Source of the DNA: Octopus sinensis
Lineage: Eukaryota
NCBI RefSeq assembly: GCF_006345805.1
Contig: NC_042998.1
Span: forward strand, 23,498,001 to 23,562,000
Length of the DNA: 64,000 nucleotides
Reading direction: 5' to 3'
Shown here: positions 35,041 to 47,662 of the stretch, piece after piece
How positions within the stretch are numbered: position 1 is the stretch's first letter
Layout: each line of letters begins with the position of its first letter
Translations under genes and position numbers: made by a program
The notes under the pieces: generated by a model
What the model was told of the DNA's origin: nothing
The model's input: only the letters and a program-made list of their open reading frames with translations
Database searches by the model: none

Positions 35041-35838
35041 TTCAGTACATAAGTGGCTGTAATTAAATACTACAAGGCATTGTAAAGATTCTGTCAGTCT
35101 TTTATCTTTGCATAAAAAGACTTTCAGATAAAGACCCCTTAAAAGAATTAATATTCCTGTCATTATTAATAAAGTAAGTAATGTGGTAATTGCTAAAATC
35201 ACGATCTTTTTTTTTTTTACAATCCCTTTTGATCGAAAATCTTCCCAAGTTTTTTTTTTCCTCCCAAAAGAAAAGCTCTACTTTGTAATTTGTCCCCTCT
35301 ATGTCCAGCCCTGTGTGGCTAATAAAGAAACATATCTTTGCATAAAAAGACCTTCAGATCAGGACCCCTTAAAAAAATTAATATTCCTATCATTATTAAT
35401 ACAGCAAATGATGTGGTAATTGTTAAAATCACTGGAGAATCAAACAACATATCTTGTAGAATTTGTTCCTGATCTTTATATTCTTAATTCAAATTCTCTT
35501 AACATCCACTCTGCTTTACACCTTTATAGGGTTAATGAAGCATTTTACCAGTCATATACTGGTACACATTTTGGTACATGTCCTGGGATTGATTTCATTG
35601 TCTAATCCTGTCTCCCTCAAAATTTTTCATCTTGTGCCTAAGTTAGAAACAATTATTCATACAGCATTTGAATCACCCGACCAGTCAGTTCAGTTCATTT
35701 TATTAGATTATTGTGTGTTAACAACATTTTTATTAATAATAGATATTAGCAATTAGTGCTCCTTCCCCTCCACCACATCTCTCCCACTGCAACTACCCAC
35801 CTGACCCCTTCCCGATACCATGTTCTTTTTTCCATTAA

Positions 35839-36048
35839 CCCATGTGTTACCATATTCCTGTTGACATACTCTAACTTTGTTTCAGCTAATTCTTAAAATA
35901 ATGAAGAATTTAGTGAAATAACTTAGTAATTATTAAACTGGTGTCTGGAACGTAAATTAGCATAGATGTTTGATGGCATGTTTGGGTCACTTTAAAATGG
36001 TTAGTCACAAAACCAGGGGCAGTCTCTGATGGGTTGGTACCAAAAGGA
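35839..36048 (+). mobile_element. piggyBac-type MITE, diverged
   Basis: TTAA-CCCATGTGTTACC ... GGTACCAAAAGGA-TTAA; interior similar to 36839-37059. Confidence 0.55.
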
Positions 36049-36544
36049 TTAATATTGTCCCCTATGCCCACATGTCACATTAATATCTTCTACCCTTCTC
36101 ACTGGACCACTGAATTCTATTCTCATACACTACATCTGATTCTCTCTCTCCCCTCATCTGTGGCCTACACAAACATGTCATCTCTCTCTTGTCCACCCAC
36201 TATACTCTACCTCCCTAATTCAGGCACCATTAACAATCCCCAACCTCACATCAAACCTTCAACCCTACCCACTCCTTATGGCATTTCCCCTATCTCTGTC
36301 CACCTGCCACCACATGCTTACAAAGCACCACCTACTCCTAGTTTCTCTGTTCCCCACTCACTTCTACCCACCTCATACCTTGAAGTACCTCCAGGACACT
36401 TCATCACCACCTTTTGTCTTTTTATGGCTACTACTGAATCTTCTGTAAACTCTCTCCTAAATGCGAGTAACCATGTAGATCCCCTACAACTAGAATCTAC
36501 TCTGTCCCACCCTCTTGGGTTGCAAGCTGTATGGTGATCTCACT

Positions 36545-36730
36545 AGTACTAGTCGCATAAGAAAAGTCCCCAGCACACACTGTAAAGTGGTTGGCATTAA
36601 GAAGGGCATCTAATTGTAGAAATCATACCAAACCCCATTGTAGTCCCTAGAACCTTTGGATCCTATCGAACCATTCAATCCATGCCAATATGGAACATGG
36701 ATGTTAAATGATGGTGATGATGATGATAGT
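36545..36730 (+). mobile_element. RTE-type 3' end (family F, old)
   Basis: GTGGTTGGCATTAAGAAGGGCATCT..GTTAAATGATGGTGATG. Confidence 0.7.
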
Positions 36731-36838
36731 TGGTGAGTTTGCAAGGCCAGCTGAGTGCTACATTAAATATATTACAGCATTCAGTCTATGTCTGTAAAAT
36801 CTTGCATTCAAATTGACTTTTCACTTTCAATGCATTAA

Positions 36839-37059
36839 CCCTTTCGTTACCGTATTTATTTTGAGATGCTCCAAGTTTCTTTCAATTATTTTAAATATAA
36901 CAAAAAATTTAGTAAAATAACTTAGTTGTCATTAAACTAGTGTTAGGAACATAACTTGTGACTAATGTTTGGTGGAAAATTTTAATTCAAAACTTATGAA
37001 AACAAAACATTTGTACTACAGAGCCAGAGCTGGTTTCAGCTGGGTTGGTAACGAAAGGG
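36839..37059 (+). mobile_element. piggyBac-type MITE, 221 bp
   Basis: Perfect 13-bp TIR CCCTTTCGTTACC / GGTAACGAAAGGG with TTAA at 36835-36838 and 37060-37063. Confidence 0.9.
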
Positions 37060-38044
37060 TTAAGGTCAATAGAAAAAGTCCAGTAAAATATTTGAGATTT
37101 TGTTGCTGTGTCTGTAATCCGTCCTGACAGAACATTCCTATAGTCAAAGACATTCAAGCCTTGATCTCCATTCTGTCTCTTATTCCATATCTACACTTTC
37201 CTATGTGACCTTCCATTTTGTAGACATTTGGATGTGATTTAAGAGAAATTTAGTTGCTATGTCTAGCAGTGACCACACAGAGGCTCTCTCATTGGTTTCA
37301 ATTCATTTGAGTTGATTTAATCACCATAATCCTTTCTTTGAAAATATCAACCCTCTCTTCATGTAATTAACTAATACCAGAAATGAATAACAAATAATTT
37401 ATATGGATTCTGCATAGGTTGCAAGATGCAACAAAAATTTTAGGAAAATAAAAATAAGAAAAAAGTGGAAATTTTACTGGTGAGTGTGTTACATTATAAG
37501 GCACAAAAGAAAATGACTCTCCCCAGACACAACAGAATATGTTTAGAATGTTACTGCAGAATGTTGACTTCCTCTAATCCACACAAATAATAATTGGTAT
37601 ACCAAATGTCACATAGCTTCTTGATTATGAGAGCAATGGTTGTTCAGAATCTAGGCTGTTTCTTAAATAGACAAGTATTTAGAAAATTTATTTGACTGTA
37701 TATTCAGGTGTTCTAGTAACGTTTTTAAATACTGCTCTACCAAGTAGCATAGCAGTCTAAACTTTAGCAAGAAAATGTGAGGCATTTTGATTAGGTACAA
37801 GTATTTTGTTTCTTCTCTCCCATGTGAAACATTTCAAAATGTTGTAACAGAGATAAAAGCCAAAATAGTGAGCTATTTTCGTTTTGCAGTCGTGGGCTTT
37901 ATGCTGCACAAATAGTGAATAAAAGCTCTGGAAAAGCAGAACCTGCTTAAGGGAATTTATAACAGCTTCACACAGCCTAAATTTATTTCCATAACAGCAA
38001 ATTTTCTAAATGGATGACAAATGTATTGAACACATTTCATTTAT

Positions 38045-38402
38045 AATAAGAGCACTCAGAGAGCACAACCTTCATCAAGGCAATTTCTCAATTATTAGCC
38101 AGAGATGATTTTTAAAATGAGAATATCTGAAATAAACTCGACTGCTTTCATAAACAAGAATATTAAAAATGAACCTGACTGCTCTGAAAAATTAAGTAAA
38201 AAACTGGAAAAATAATCCAGAATCCTTGTCCAGCACCAGATCAATCCCAAAATCTAATCATTTTCTGTCAGTCATGAGGCCAAACATCCCTGAAAATTTC
38301 ATCCAAATCTATCCAGTGGTTCTTGAGATATCTTGTCCACGGACTAAAAAACAAACAAACACAACTGAAAACAATACCTCCACCTTCGCTAGGGTGTAGA
38401 TA
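38045..38402 (+). mobile_element. Helentron-associated non-autonomous element (HINE-like)
   Basis: Starts AAGAGCACTCAGAGAGC; core AAATTTCATCCAAATCTATCCAGTGGTTCTTGAGATATC; ends AAAACAATACCTCCACCTTCGCTAGGGTG. Confidence 0.5.
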
Positions 38403-39139
38403 ATTATATTCTTAATTTGTATGTAACCTGTTTTACAGATATCAAAGAATTAAAACACATATTCCATTCCAGAAAATTCTTCCTTACTTTTTTAATATAT
38501 CTAGTAACCTTTCTGAGTTCAAATTTCATTATGGTCAACTTTGCCTATAATCTTGGCTGATACATATAATTTTCTCACTTGGCTGACACCATCACCTGGT
38601 CCTTGATTTTCTTCCACAGAGTTCACTTTAGTGCAAGCTTTCAGGTCAGGTCTTCGGTTTTAAGAATAGCTTCCTTGCTTCACCAGTCTCAGAAACCTTA
38701 GGAAAATAATGTCACGAGTGCTGCTCATCTTTCTCTGAATAAATGGTAAAAAAATATGCACAACCCTAAAATACTTAATACTGGCTTATTTTCATCTTAG
38801 AGCTTTAGCTGATGTTTGCAGCAGAGTAAGTGGGCGTACTATATTGGCTTGAAGATGTAGCATTTAAAGTTTGTGTCAGTATGAATGGAAGGTTAAGGGA
38901 AAGAGATAAAGTGAATTGCCTCATTCACAAGGCAATAAAAGAAGAAAGAAAAATGAAGTTTAAATTAAAAAAATTAAGGAGTCTATTTGAAAAATATTTA
39001 TATCAAGCAGGTCTTCCATTAGATATATTGTGAGGTAAAAGAAAACTATTTTCTGGTCCACATAGTGATGACCTCTTAAAACTGATGATTAAAATTGAAA
39101 ACTGAAATGGACACTAAATCCTTGATTAGGCTTTTTTCA

Positions 39140-39478
39140 TAACACACCTGTGCTGGTGCCACATAAAAAGCACCGTGCCAGTGCCACGTAAAGAGCATCC
39201 GCCCTGGTGCTGGTACTATCTAAATATCACTTAGTACACTCTGAAAAGTGGCTGGTGTTAGGAAGGACATCTAGCCATAGAAACCATTCCCAAAAAAGAT
39301 GATTGGAGCCTGGTGCACCTGTCTGGCTGGCCAGCTCCTGTCAAATTGTCCAACTCATCCTAATATGGAAAATGAATGTTAAATGATGATGATGATGATG
39401 ATGAAAATGATGATGATGGTGGTGGTGATGATGATGATGAAAATGATGATGATGGTGGTGATGATGATGATGATGATT
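39140..39478 (+). mobile_element. RTE-type 3' end (family F) with expanded (GAT/GGT)n tail
   Basis: GCCACATAAAAAGCACC repeats, GGAAGGACATCTAGCC, GTTAAATGATGATG. Confidence 0.75.
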
Positions 39479-39804
39479 TCCGCAACCAGAAATTTATAAT
39501 ATATTATTATCTGGTCATTCTGGTGCACAGAGAATAAAGCATTTTCAAAAGTTTACCAGTTTAACAGCAATCATATTCAGAGAGACAGAGATTAGGCATC
39601 ATCTTCAATCGGGCTTTTGTAATCATGCATCGAAAGCTGTCTGCTTTGTTCATGTTTCATTATGATTATACTCTTCTACAAAGTAGGAAAAAGCTACAAC
39701 TTTAAATAATACGATTTATACAGAATAACATTAAACCTAAGCAGCTAATGTATTTTACTGTTTTCATTTCTTTATCTACAAACTTTCTGCCTCAATGAAA
39801 AGCA

Positions 39805-40240
39805 TTACTGGTAGAAACGTTAGTACGCTGGGTGAAATGCCTAGCGAGCTGGCAGAAACGTTAGCACGCCGGGCGAAATGCTTAGCGGTATTTCGTCTGC
39901 GTTATGTTGTGAGTTCAAATTCCGCCGAGGTCGACTTTGCCTTTCATCCTTTCGGGGTCGATAAATTAAGTACCAGTTACGCACTGGGGTTGATGTAATC
40001 AACTTAATACCTATGTCTGTCCTTGTTTGTCCCCTCTGTGTTTAGCCCCTTGTGGGTAATAAAGAAATAGGTATTTCATCTGTCTTTACGTTCTGAGTTC
40101 AAACTCTGCTGAGGTCAACTTTGCCTTTCATCCTTTCGGGGTTGATAAATTAAGTATCATTTGTGTACTGGGGTAGATCCAATCAACTGGCCCCCTCCCC
40201 AGAAATTTCGAGCCTTGTACCTGGAGCAGGAAAGAATATT
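39805..40240 (+). mobile_element. SINE family C, one full and one partial copy in tandem
   Basis: GCGAGCTGGCAGAAACGTTAGCACGCCGGGCGAAATGCTTAGCGG..GAGTTCAAATTCC..TCATCCTTTCGGGGTCGATAAATTAAGTACCAG. Confidence 0.8.
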
Positions 40241-40364
40241 ATCTATCAGAACATAAAACAGATTTTCTAGAGTAGGTTTCTTTTTACAGATCATCTGGGT
40301 TACTCTTTTCCACCATCATGTGCTGGCAATGTGTATTGCATAATCATGCAGCTTTTTCTTTCAA

Positions 40365-40720
40365 CTCATGCTTCAACACCCATAGCAGAGTTTCATTTCC
40401 ATTTCAAGATCAGAAAGCACCTCTTTGGCTTCATTCCAGATGTTTTTTCCAGCAGTCTCCTTTTTTCATCAAGTTTTCAAGGAGAGTTTCAATGTTAGAT
40501 GCCTCCATTTCCTTGTTGCAGATACCTATTAGACTTGACACTTCATACTAAACAGTCAACATTGACCCAGAAACAAAACTCTGTTGGTATGCTAATACTC
40601 TGTTCTTTTCATTCTTTGTCTTGGCTATTAAGTTAAGCTCCAAAAGTTCTTGCATTGCTAACTGAATGCCAGTAAGGTGATATACAAAAGTTTTTCAGAC
40701 AACAGGGTTTCTGACATTCC
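40365..40720 (-). pseudogene. hAT-family (ZMYM1-like) transposase remnant
   Basis: Minus strand YEVSSLIGICNKEMEASNIETLLENLMKKGDCWK/NIWNEAKEVLSDLEMEMKL (one frameshift, stops); resembles remembered hAT motif ICNK..VEVANIESLL..WKAIWNEAKLVASSL. Confidence 0.45.
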
Positions 40721-40824
40721 TTGTAGAGAACATCCTTTGTGATTTGTAAGTAATTCTCATAATTTAGAAGTGGAACTAACCACGTTATTGTTCCAAAATA
40801 TATCATTGGCTTGGGGTATGAACC

Positions 40825-41222
40825 AGGATGGAGTGTAATTAAAAATTGTGGAAATTTAAAATGCCTGAGGGCTAAAATGTTGCTATATTTAATTACTAGA
40901 AAAATACTAAATTTTTGCTGGGATCAAAGGCATTTACTCCCTCAAGCCCCGAAAATGGGGAATTTTTGTAAATTTTTTACAATAGCAGAGTTTGGTGGGG
41001 TTTGAGGGAGTAAATGCCCTTGACTGATCTAAGCGAAAATTTAGCATTTTTCCAGTAATAATATCTAGTAATAATATATTATACACACATGTATGTATGC
41101 ATGGGTATATACATTGTGTAATCTAGGGTGGAGTGAAAATAAAAAATTGTAGAAATTGAAAATGCCTGAGGCCTAAAATCTTGCTATATATTATTACTAG
41201 AAAAATGATGAATTTTCACTGA
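40825..41222. repeat. ~60-bp inverted repeat plus ~95-bp direct repeat
   Basis: Arms 40892-40950 and 40997-41059; direct copies ~40825-40920 and ~41123-41222. Confidence 0.75.
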
Positions 41223-41729
41223 AATCAGTGAAATATTCACACTTATTTACATGACAGATATATGCAATTTAACTGAACAAGATTTTTTTTTGTTTGTTTA
41301 TGAGAAAAATGGAAAAATAAGAGTGAATATTTATTTTATGAGTGTTGTCTATTAAGTCTATAAAATTGTGCAGAAAGTATACACTTTAAGTTTATATATA
41401 AAGTGCATTAAGTAATCATCGTATTCCAATTTCTTTCATTTTTCAATGAATAGCAGATGAGCAACTATCTTTCCATATAGGCATTACACAGGCTATGCTT
41501 TCAAGTTTTTGGATAAAGTTTTCAGAAATAACCAAATAGGTTTATCTTTTAATTCCGTAATTTTATTCACGGGTTCTGCTATTGAATTATATTGTCTATG
41601 TGTTTCAATTAATTTTGAAAATATTCAAGAATTTGAAGGGATTTGATAAAATAATTGACTTTTTCTTGTTATCAAATTGGTGTTTGGAACATAAGAGTTT
41701 CTACAATGATGGGTTTCAATTTAAATACT

Positions 41730-41963
41730 CTTTTACTCTTTTACTTGTTTCAGTCATTTGACTGTGGCCATGCTGAAGCACCGCCTTTAGTCGAGCAAAT
41801 TAACCCCAGGACTTATTATTTGTAAGCCTAGTACTTATTCGATTGGTCACTTTTGCCGAACTGCTAAGTTACGGGGATGTAAACACATCAGCATCGGTTG
41901 TCAAGAGATGTTGGGGGAACGAACATAGACACACAAACATATACATACACACATACATACATA

Positions 41964-42011
<48 letters not shown>

Positions 42012-42190
42012 ATATATCTTTATATACAAGGGGCTTCTTTCAGTTTCTGTCTACCAAATCCACTCACAAGGCTTTGGTTGACCCGAGGCTATAGTAGAAG
42101 ACACTTGCCCAAGGTGCCATGCAGTGGGACTGAACCTGGAACCATGTGGTTGGTAAGCAAGCTACTTACCACACAGCCACTCCTACGCCT
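41730..42190 (-). mobile_element. SINE family A, full length
   Basis: All modules in reverse complement. Confidence 0.9.
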
Positions 42191-42344
42191 ATAAAATATA
42201 CAAGCATTTTTAAACTGACAGCTAATTTTATAGATCTAGATGAGGTTTCAGGTAGATTGATGTGAAAAGGATTATTGGTAAGAATCATGTACAGCAATGG
42301 CTGAATCATTAGCATGCCAGATGAATTGCTTGGTAGCATTTTAT

Positions 42345-42858
42345 CCATCGTTATGTTGAGGCAAGTGAAATCGAAATCGAAATCAAATTCGATGACTGGT
42401 ATCCGTACAAGTGGAGCACTAAGAGTACCATACAAGTGAGATTGTTGCCAGAGCAACATGCTGGCCTCCGTGCCGATGGCATGTAAAAATCACCATTCGA
42501 GTGTGATCGTTACCTGCATCACCTTACTAGCACTTGTGTTGGTGGCACGTGTAAGAAGCATCCGAGCGAGTTCGTTGCCAGTGCCACTGGACTGGCTCCT
42601 ATGCCGGTGGCACATAAAAAGCACCATTTGAGCATGGCTGTTGCCAGTACCACCTAACTGGCCCTCGTGCCAATGACACATAAAAGTACCCAGTACACAC
42701 TCAGAGTGGTTGGTGTTAGGAAGAGCATCCAGCTGTAGAAACTCTGCCGGATCAGACTGGAGTGTAGTGCAGCGATCTGGTTCGCCAGACCTCAGTCAAA
42801 TCGTCCAACCCATACTAGCATGGAAAGCGGACATTAAACGATGATGATGATGATGAAT
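42345..42858 (+). mobile_element. RTE-type 3' UTR (family F subfamily) with about four diverged ~62-bp repeats
   Basis: GTTGAGGCAAGTGAAATCGAAATC, repeated GGTGGCACRTAAAAA motifs, (GAT)n tail. Confidence 0.8.
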
Positions 42859-43504
42859 GTTATTTTAGCCAATCCTTCTAAATTCTTAATTATTTGTAAA
42901 ATAAACTGACATGAAGACAGTGCATTTCATTGAAAATATAACCACAAAAAGGTTAAGTTATCATGATGATACTGGTGAGATATAAAACAATTGCTAGCAA
43001 GCCATACTATTTCTTTTCTTGTTTTCTCACTGTCTTGAGTTTGTGTGTTCATGTAGTTTATTTTTAAAAAATTTTAATAGAATAAACATCAGTAAGAAGC
43101 TAAGTTGAATCAATCACCCAAATACCCATATTAATAAAATTGGCTGCATTCCTGTATCAAGAAAATAAATGTTTTATTTTAGCCAGAAAATATCTGCATT
43201 ATTGAAAATTGCCTTATTTTCTGTGAGTTTCTTTTCAACTGCATTGTAACAAATTGCTACTGCAAGCTTTAATTCATGTCATGTACTGTTTGGTTTGGCT
43301 CAGCTGATAGCCGCCAAACAAGTATTCCAACAGAATTAATATAAAAGCACAACACTAATTAAACATATAAAAACAAAAAGAGAATGTTATCTGGAATATT
43401 GTATGCAACAGAATGAAATTATTCCATATTCTGTAACATTATTTGGAATTTCGACTGAGTGGATAGATTTTGTTTCAACGAATGAAAATTTCGAGGCTTT
43501 TATT

Positions 43505-43800
43505 TTTTTTGGTTTTAGTTGCTTCATTCATTGGATTGTGGCCATGCTGGGGCACCATCTTGTACGGTTTAATCAAGCAAATTAACCCCAGTATTTTTTA
43601 GTTTAATGTCCGGTACTTATTCTGTAGATCTCTTTTGCTGAACCACTAAGTTACTAAGACATAAAGAAACCAATACTGGCTGTCAAGGAATGGGTGACAA
43701 ACAACAGCACACACACACACACACACACACATGCACACACACACACAACACACACACACACACCACACACACACACACACCACACACACACACACACGTA
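43505..43800 (-). mobile_element. SINE family A 3' module
   Basis: TGTGGCCATGCTGGGGCACC..GCTGAACCACTAAGTTAC + (CA)n. Confidence 0.7.
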
Positions 43801-43861
43801 TAAATTAAAGCAGAAGAGAAAAGGCAGTTTAGCAAAAGTTGACAAGGATGCTTAATTTTGT

Positions 43862-44035
43862 CCTATATTTCAGAGATGAGGAATTCTGTACATTATTTAC
43901 TTTATTTACATTGGATAGATATGTGTCCTTATCTTGTTAATTGTTACCACAACATTTCAGCTGATTTACTCTCCACCCTTCATCAGGTGTCCTGGTAGAA
44001 TTTTGAACCCAACCCTGGGTTCTCATTCCTAAGAT
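43862..44035 (-). mobile_element. Penelope-like tail, second copy
   Basis: Homologous to 13519-13710. Confidence 0.7.
43946..43991 (-). ncRNA. Minimal type I hammerhead motif, second degenerate copy
   Basis: GACAC CTGATGA A GGGTG GAGAGTAAAT CAGCT GAAA TGTT GTGGT: both core strands intact, stems partly mispaired. Confidence 0.6.
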
Positions 44036-44051
44036 TTGTTTTTTTTGCTGA

Positions 44052-44087
<36 letters not shown>

Positions 44088-44098
44088 CATTATTATTA

Positions 44099-44623
44099 TT
44101 GAGTGAGAGAGCAGTGCATGCCATCAAAGTGACACTGGGGTAAAATATACGAAGCCCAGTATACTCATCATGACTACCCATCTGATAAGGGTATACCAGG
44201 CACATGCATCACAACCATATGTGTGCGACATGGTGATCACATATCAAGATAAACAGCACATGACTTACAGGTCCATCCTTCAAAAAAGGTCCCTGAATAA
44301 GGGCTGTTTAAGGATGTTGAATGAACCACCAATGTTTCCAAAGGTGAATTATCCAAGCTTCCAAGAATTCCTTTCAACACATGACTATGATGCTCCCCCA
44401 CTACTTCTGCTCATGATCAGAGATGCACATATTGTCAGCCACTAAGGAACATGGTCAACTGGTTAAGGTCAAAAAACCGACAAGCAAATCTGTGGTATTG
44501 AGCAGAATATTTGCTGTAGCCCATCTTTTATACCAAGACAAAACAATGTACATGATAACACTTCCAATCAGTTAAGATCAGAAGCCATGAGAGCCACTGT
44601 CTGGTACTGAATCAGGGCATTTT
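44099..44623 (-). mobile_element. Element D, third copy, between (ATT)n tracts
   Basis: Reverse complement of 8595-9155 with a ~35-bp internal deletion. Confidence 0.85.
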
Positions 44624-44662
44624 ATTATTATTATTGTTATTATTATTATCATTATTATCATT

Positions 44663-44767
44663 GGCTATAGTAGAAGACACTTGTCCAAGGTGCCATGCAG
44701 TGAGACTGATCCCGGAACCATGTGGTTGGTAAGCAAGCTACTTACTACACAGCCACTCCTGCGCCTA
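44663..44767 (-). mobile_element. SINE family A head only
   Basis: A/B boxes and CORE-like segment, ending at CTACTATAGCC directly against (AAT)n. Confidence 0.75.
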
Positions 44768-44984
44768 TAAGCCACTCCTGGTGTTTACAAAATAAATATG
44801 AAGTAGCCAGGTCTAATATATACAACTGCTAACAATTAATTAATTTATCTTTAGATCTTGTTAATCAACTAGAATATGGGTTAATCAATGTTTTGATGAC
44901 TTTGCTCTTGTTTTTCTCTCAAAACTTGTTTTGATTTTTGTTTAGTACTTGTTAGCAATTATAGGGCAAAGATGACTTTCTTTA

Positions 44985-45410
44985 TTTATTTCATTAATTA
45001 GTGCCATGCTGGGGCACTGCCTTGAGGAATTTTTAGTTGAATGCATCGACCTTGGTACTTATTTTCTTTGAAGCTTGGTATTTGTTTTCTTGGTCTCCTT
45101 TGTTGAACTGCTAAGTTACAGGAATGTAAACACACCAACACCAGTTGTCAAATAGTGGTGAAGGACAGTCACACACACACATACACACACACACATACAC
45201 ACACACACACACACATGACAGGCTTCTTTTACTTTCCACTTACCAAACCCACTCAAGATGCTTTCGTTGGTCTGAGGTTATAGATGAAGACACTTGCCTA
45301 AGGTGCCACACAACAGGACTGAACCCAGACACCCACGACCTTACGGGGATGTAAACACACCAACATTGGTTGTCAAGCAATATTGGGGGTCAATCACATA
45401 CACACACACT
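44985..45410 (-). mobile_element. SINE family A, rearranged (3' module partly repeated)
   Basis: GTAAACACACCAACA..GTTGTCAA occurs at ~45125 and ~45350. Confidence 0.65.
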
Positions 45411-45411
45411 T

Positions 45412-45676
45412 TTATTTATGGCACATAAAAAGCACCAACCGATCGTGGCTGATGCCAGACCCCTCTGGCACCTGTGCAGGTGGCACGTAAAAAGCACCCA
45501 CTACACTTGCTGAGTGGTTGGCGTTAGGAAGGGCATCCAGCTGTAGAAACACTGCCAGATCAGACTGGAGCCTGGAGCAGCATCTGGCTCCCCAGACCCC
45601 GGTCGAACCGTCCAACCCGTGCTAGCGCGGAAAACGGACGTTAAACGATGATGATGATGATGATGATGATGATGAT
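45412..45676 (+). mobile_element. RTE-type 3' end (family F)
   Basis: GGCGTTAGGAAGGGCATCCAGCTGTAGAAAC..GGACGTTAAACGATGATG. Confidence 0.85.
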
Positions 45677-45809
45677 ATATACATATATATACTGCAAAAC
45701 TTTTGATTCAGATGAATTAGGTACTTAAGTTGAGGCACCAGAATTTAGTAAGGTATTATCCATCCAGTTTGAAAGTAAGGTGATTCCATACAGGTTCCTG
45801 TTGCTTATT

Positions 45810-46480
45810 TTGATATATATATATATATATATATATATAATGGGTTTCTTTCAGTTTTCGTCTACCAAGTCCACTCACAAGGCTTTGGTCGGCCCAAGGC
45901 TATAGTCGAAGACACTTACCCAAGGTGTCACACAGTGGGACTGAACCATGTGTTTAGGAAGCAATCTTCTCCCCACACAGCCACACCTGTGCCAATGTGG
46001 AAAAATATATTCTGAAACTAGAGAACATCCTGCTAGAACCCATTAGATGCCTCAGTATTTTAGTAATATTATTAATGGTTTGGAACACTCTTTGATCCAT
46101 CAACAATAATGCAGACATCCCTGCAATATAGGATTCCATGTTTCTGAAAATCTTTTAATGCAGAATTTTGTAATGTGGAACATTGATTGTTATTGAGAAA
46201 TGTTTAAGGAAAGAAATTCAAGTAATACAGCCAATGTTATGCATGAAAATAGCAATTTTTAAACACTGGCAGTGTAGAATCATCATCATCATCATAGGCG
46301 TTGGCATGGCTGTGTGGTAAGAAGCTTGGCTCCCAACTACATGGCTCCAGGTTCAGTCCCACTGCATGGCACTTTGTGCAAGGGTCTTCTACTATGGTCT
46401 CAGACCATCCAAAGCTTTGTGAGTGGATTTAGAAGACAGAAACTAAAAGAATCCTGTTGTGTGTGTGTGTATATATATAT
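45810..46480. mobile_element. Two SINE A 5' halves (45810-45990 on -, 46296-46480 on +)
   Basis: Head and CORE-like motifs. Confidence 0.65.
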
Positions 46481-46486
46481 ATATGA

Positions 46487-46808
46487 AGGTGCATGGCTTA
46501 GTGGTTAAGGCATTTGACTCGCAATTGTAAGGTCGTGAGTTCAATTTCCGGCAATGCGTTGTGTCCTTGAGTAAGACACTTTATCTCATGTTCTCCAGTC
46601 CAATCAGCTGGCAAAAATGAGGTGTGCCTGTATTTCAAAGGGCCAGCCTTGTTACACACTGTGTCATGCTGAATCTCCCCTTAGAACTACATTAAGGATA
46701 TGCATGTCTGTGGATTGCTCAGTCACTTGCACATTAATTTCGCAAGCAAGCTGTTCCATTGATTGTATCAGCTGGGACCCTCATCGTCGTAACCAACGGA
46801 GTGCTCTA
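46487..46808 (+). mobile_element. SINE family B, full length
   Basis: TGGCTTAGTGG A box, GAGTTCAATTTCC B box, full body to TAACCAACGGAGTGC. Confidence 0.8.
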
Positions 46809-46877
46809 GTTAATATATATATATATATGCTAGCATGGAAAGCGGACGTTAAACATCAATGATGATATATATATATT

Positions 46878-47260
46878 ATTTTATTCTTTTATTCATTTCA
46901 GTCATTTAACTGCAGCCATGCTGGAGCACTTCCTTTAGTTGAACAAATCAACTCCAGGACTTATTCTTTGTAAGCCCAGTACTTATTCTATCAGTCTCTT
47001 TTGCCAAACCGCTAAGTTACCGGGGCATAAACACGCCAACATCGGTTGTCAAGCAATGTTGGGGTTACAAACACAGACACACAAATACACACATGTATGA
47101 TGGGCTTCTTTCAATTTCCGTCTATCAAATCTACTCTCAAGGCTTTGGTTTGCTGAGGCTATGGTAGAAGACACTTGCCCAAGTTATTACACAGTGGGAC
47201 TTAACCCAGAACTATGTGGTTGGTAAGCAAGCTACTTACTACACAGCCATGCCTGTGCCT
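46878..47260 (-). mobile_element. SINE family A
   Basis: All modules in reverse complement. Confidence 0.85.
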
Positions 47261-47562
47261 ATATATATGTGTGTGTGTGTGTATACATATATAAATATAT
47301 GTGTATATATATAAATCTGTGTATATATATATATAATAATATTAGGGGAAAATTCTATTTAGTATTAAATCAAATTTCACAGTATAAATATATAAAATAT
47401 AAATTAGAGATAAAACCACTATTATGCAACTCACACAGTGATAGACATAAACCAAAACGTAAATAACAAATAATATATATATATATAAAACATGTAACTT
47501 ATAACTAGATCTCAAAAAGTATAAAAATGAATGAACAATATATAATATAATAAATAAAAAAA

Positions 47563-47662
47563 CTAAGTACGTTTCATGGCTACAATTGAATTCGAATTAC
47601 AATTATGTTTAAATTCAATTGAAATAAATTCGATTTAAAATTATAGTCAATCTTCAGGTTAA
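47563..47662 (-). ncRNA. Possible degenerate hammerhead motif with long AT-rich stem II
   Basis: TTAAC CTGAAGA T TGACTATAATT..AATTGTAGCCA T GAAA CGTA CTTAG. Confidence 0.35.
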
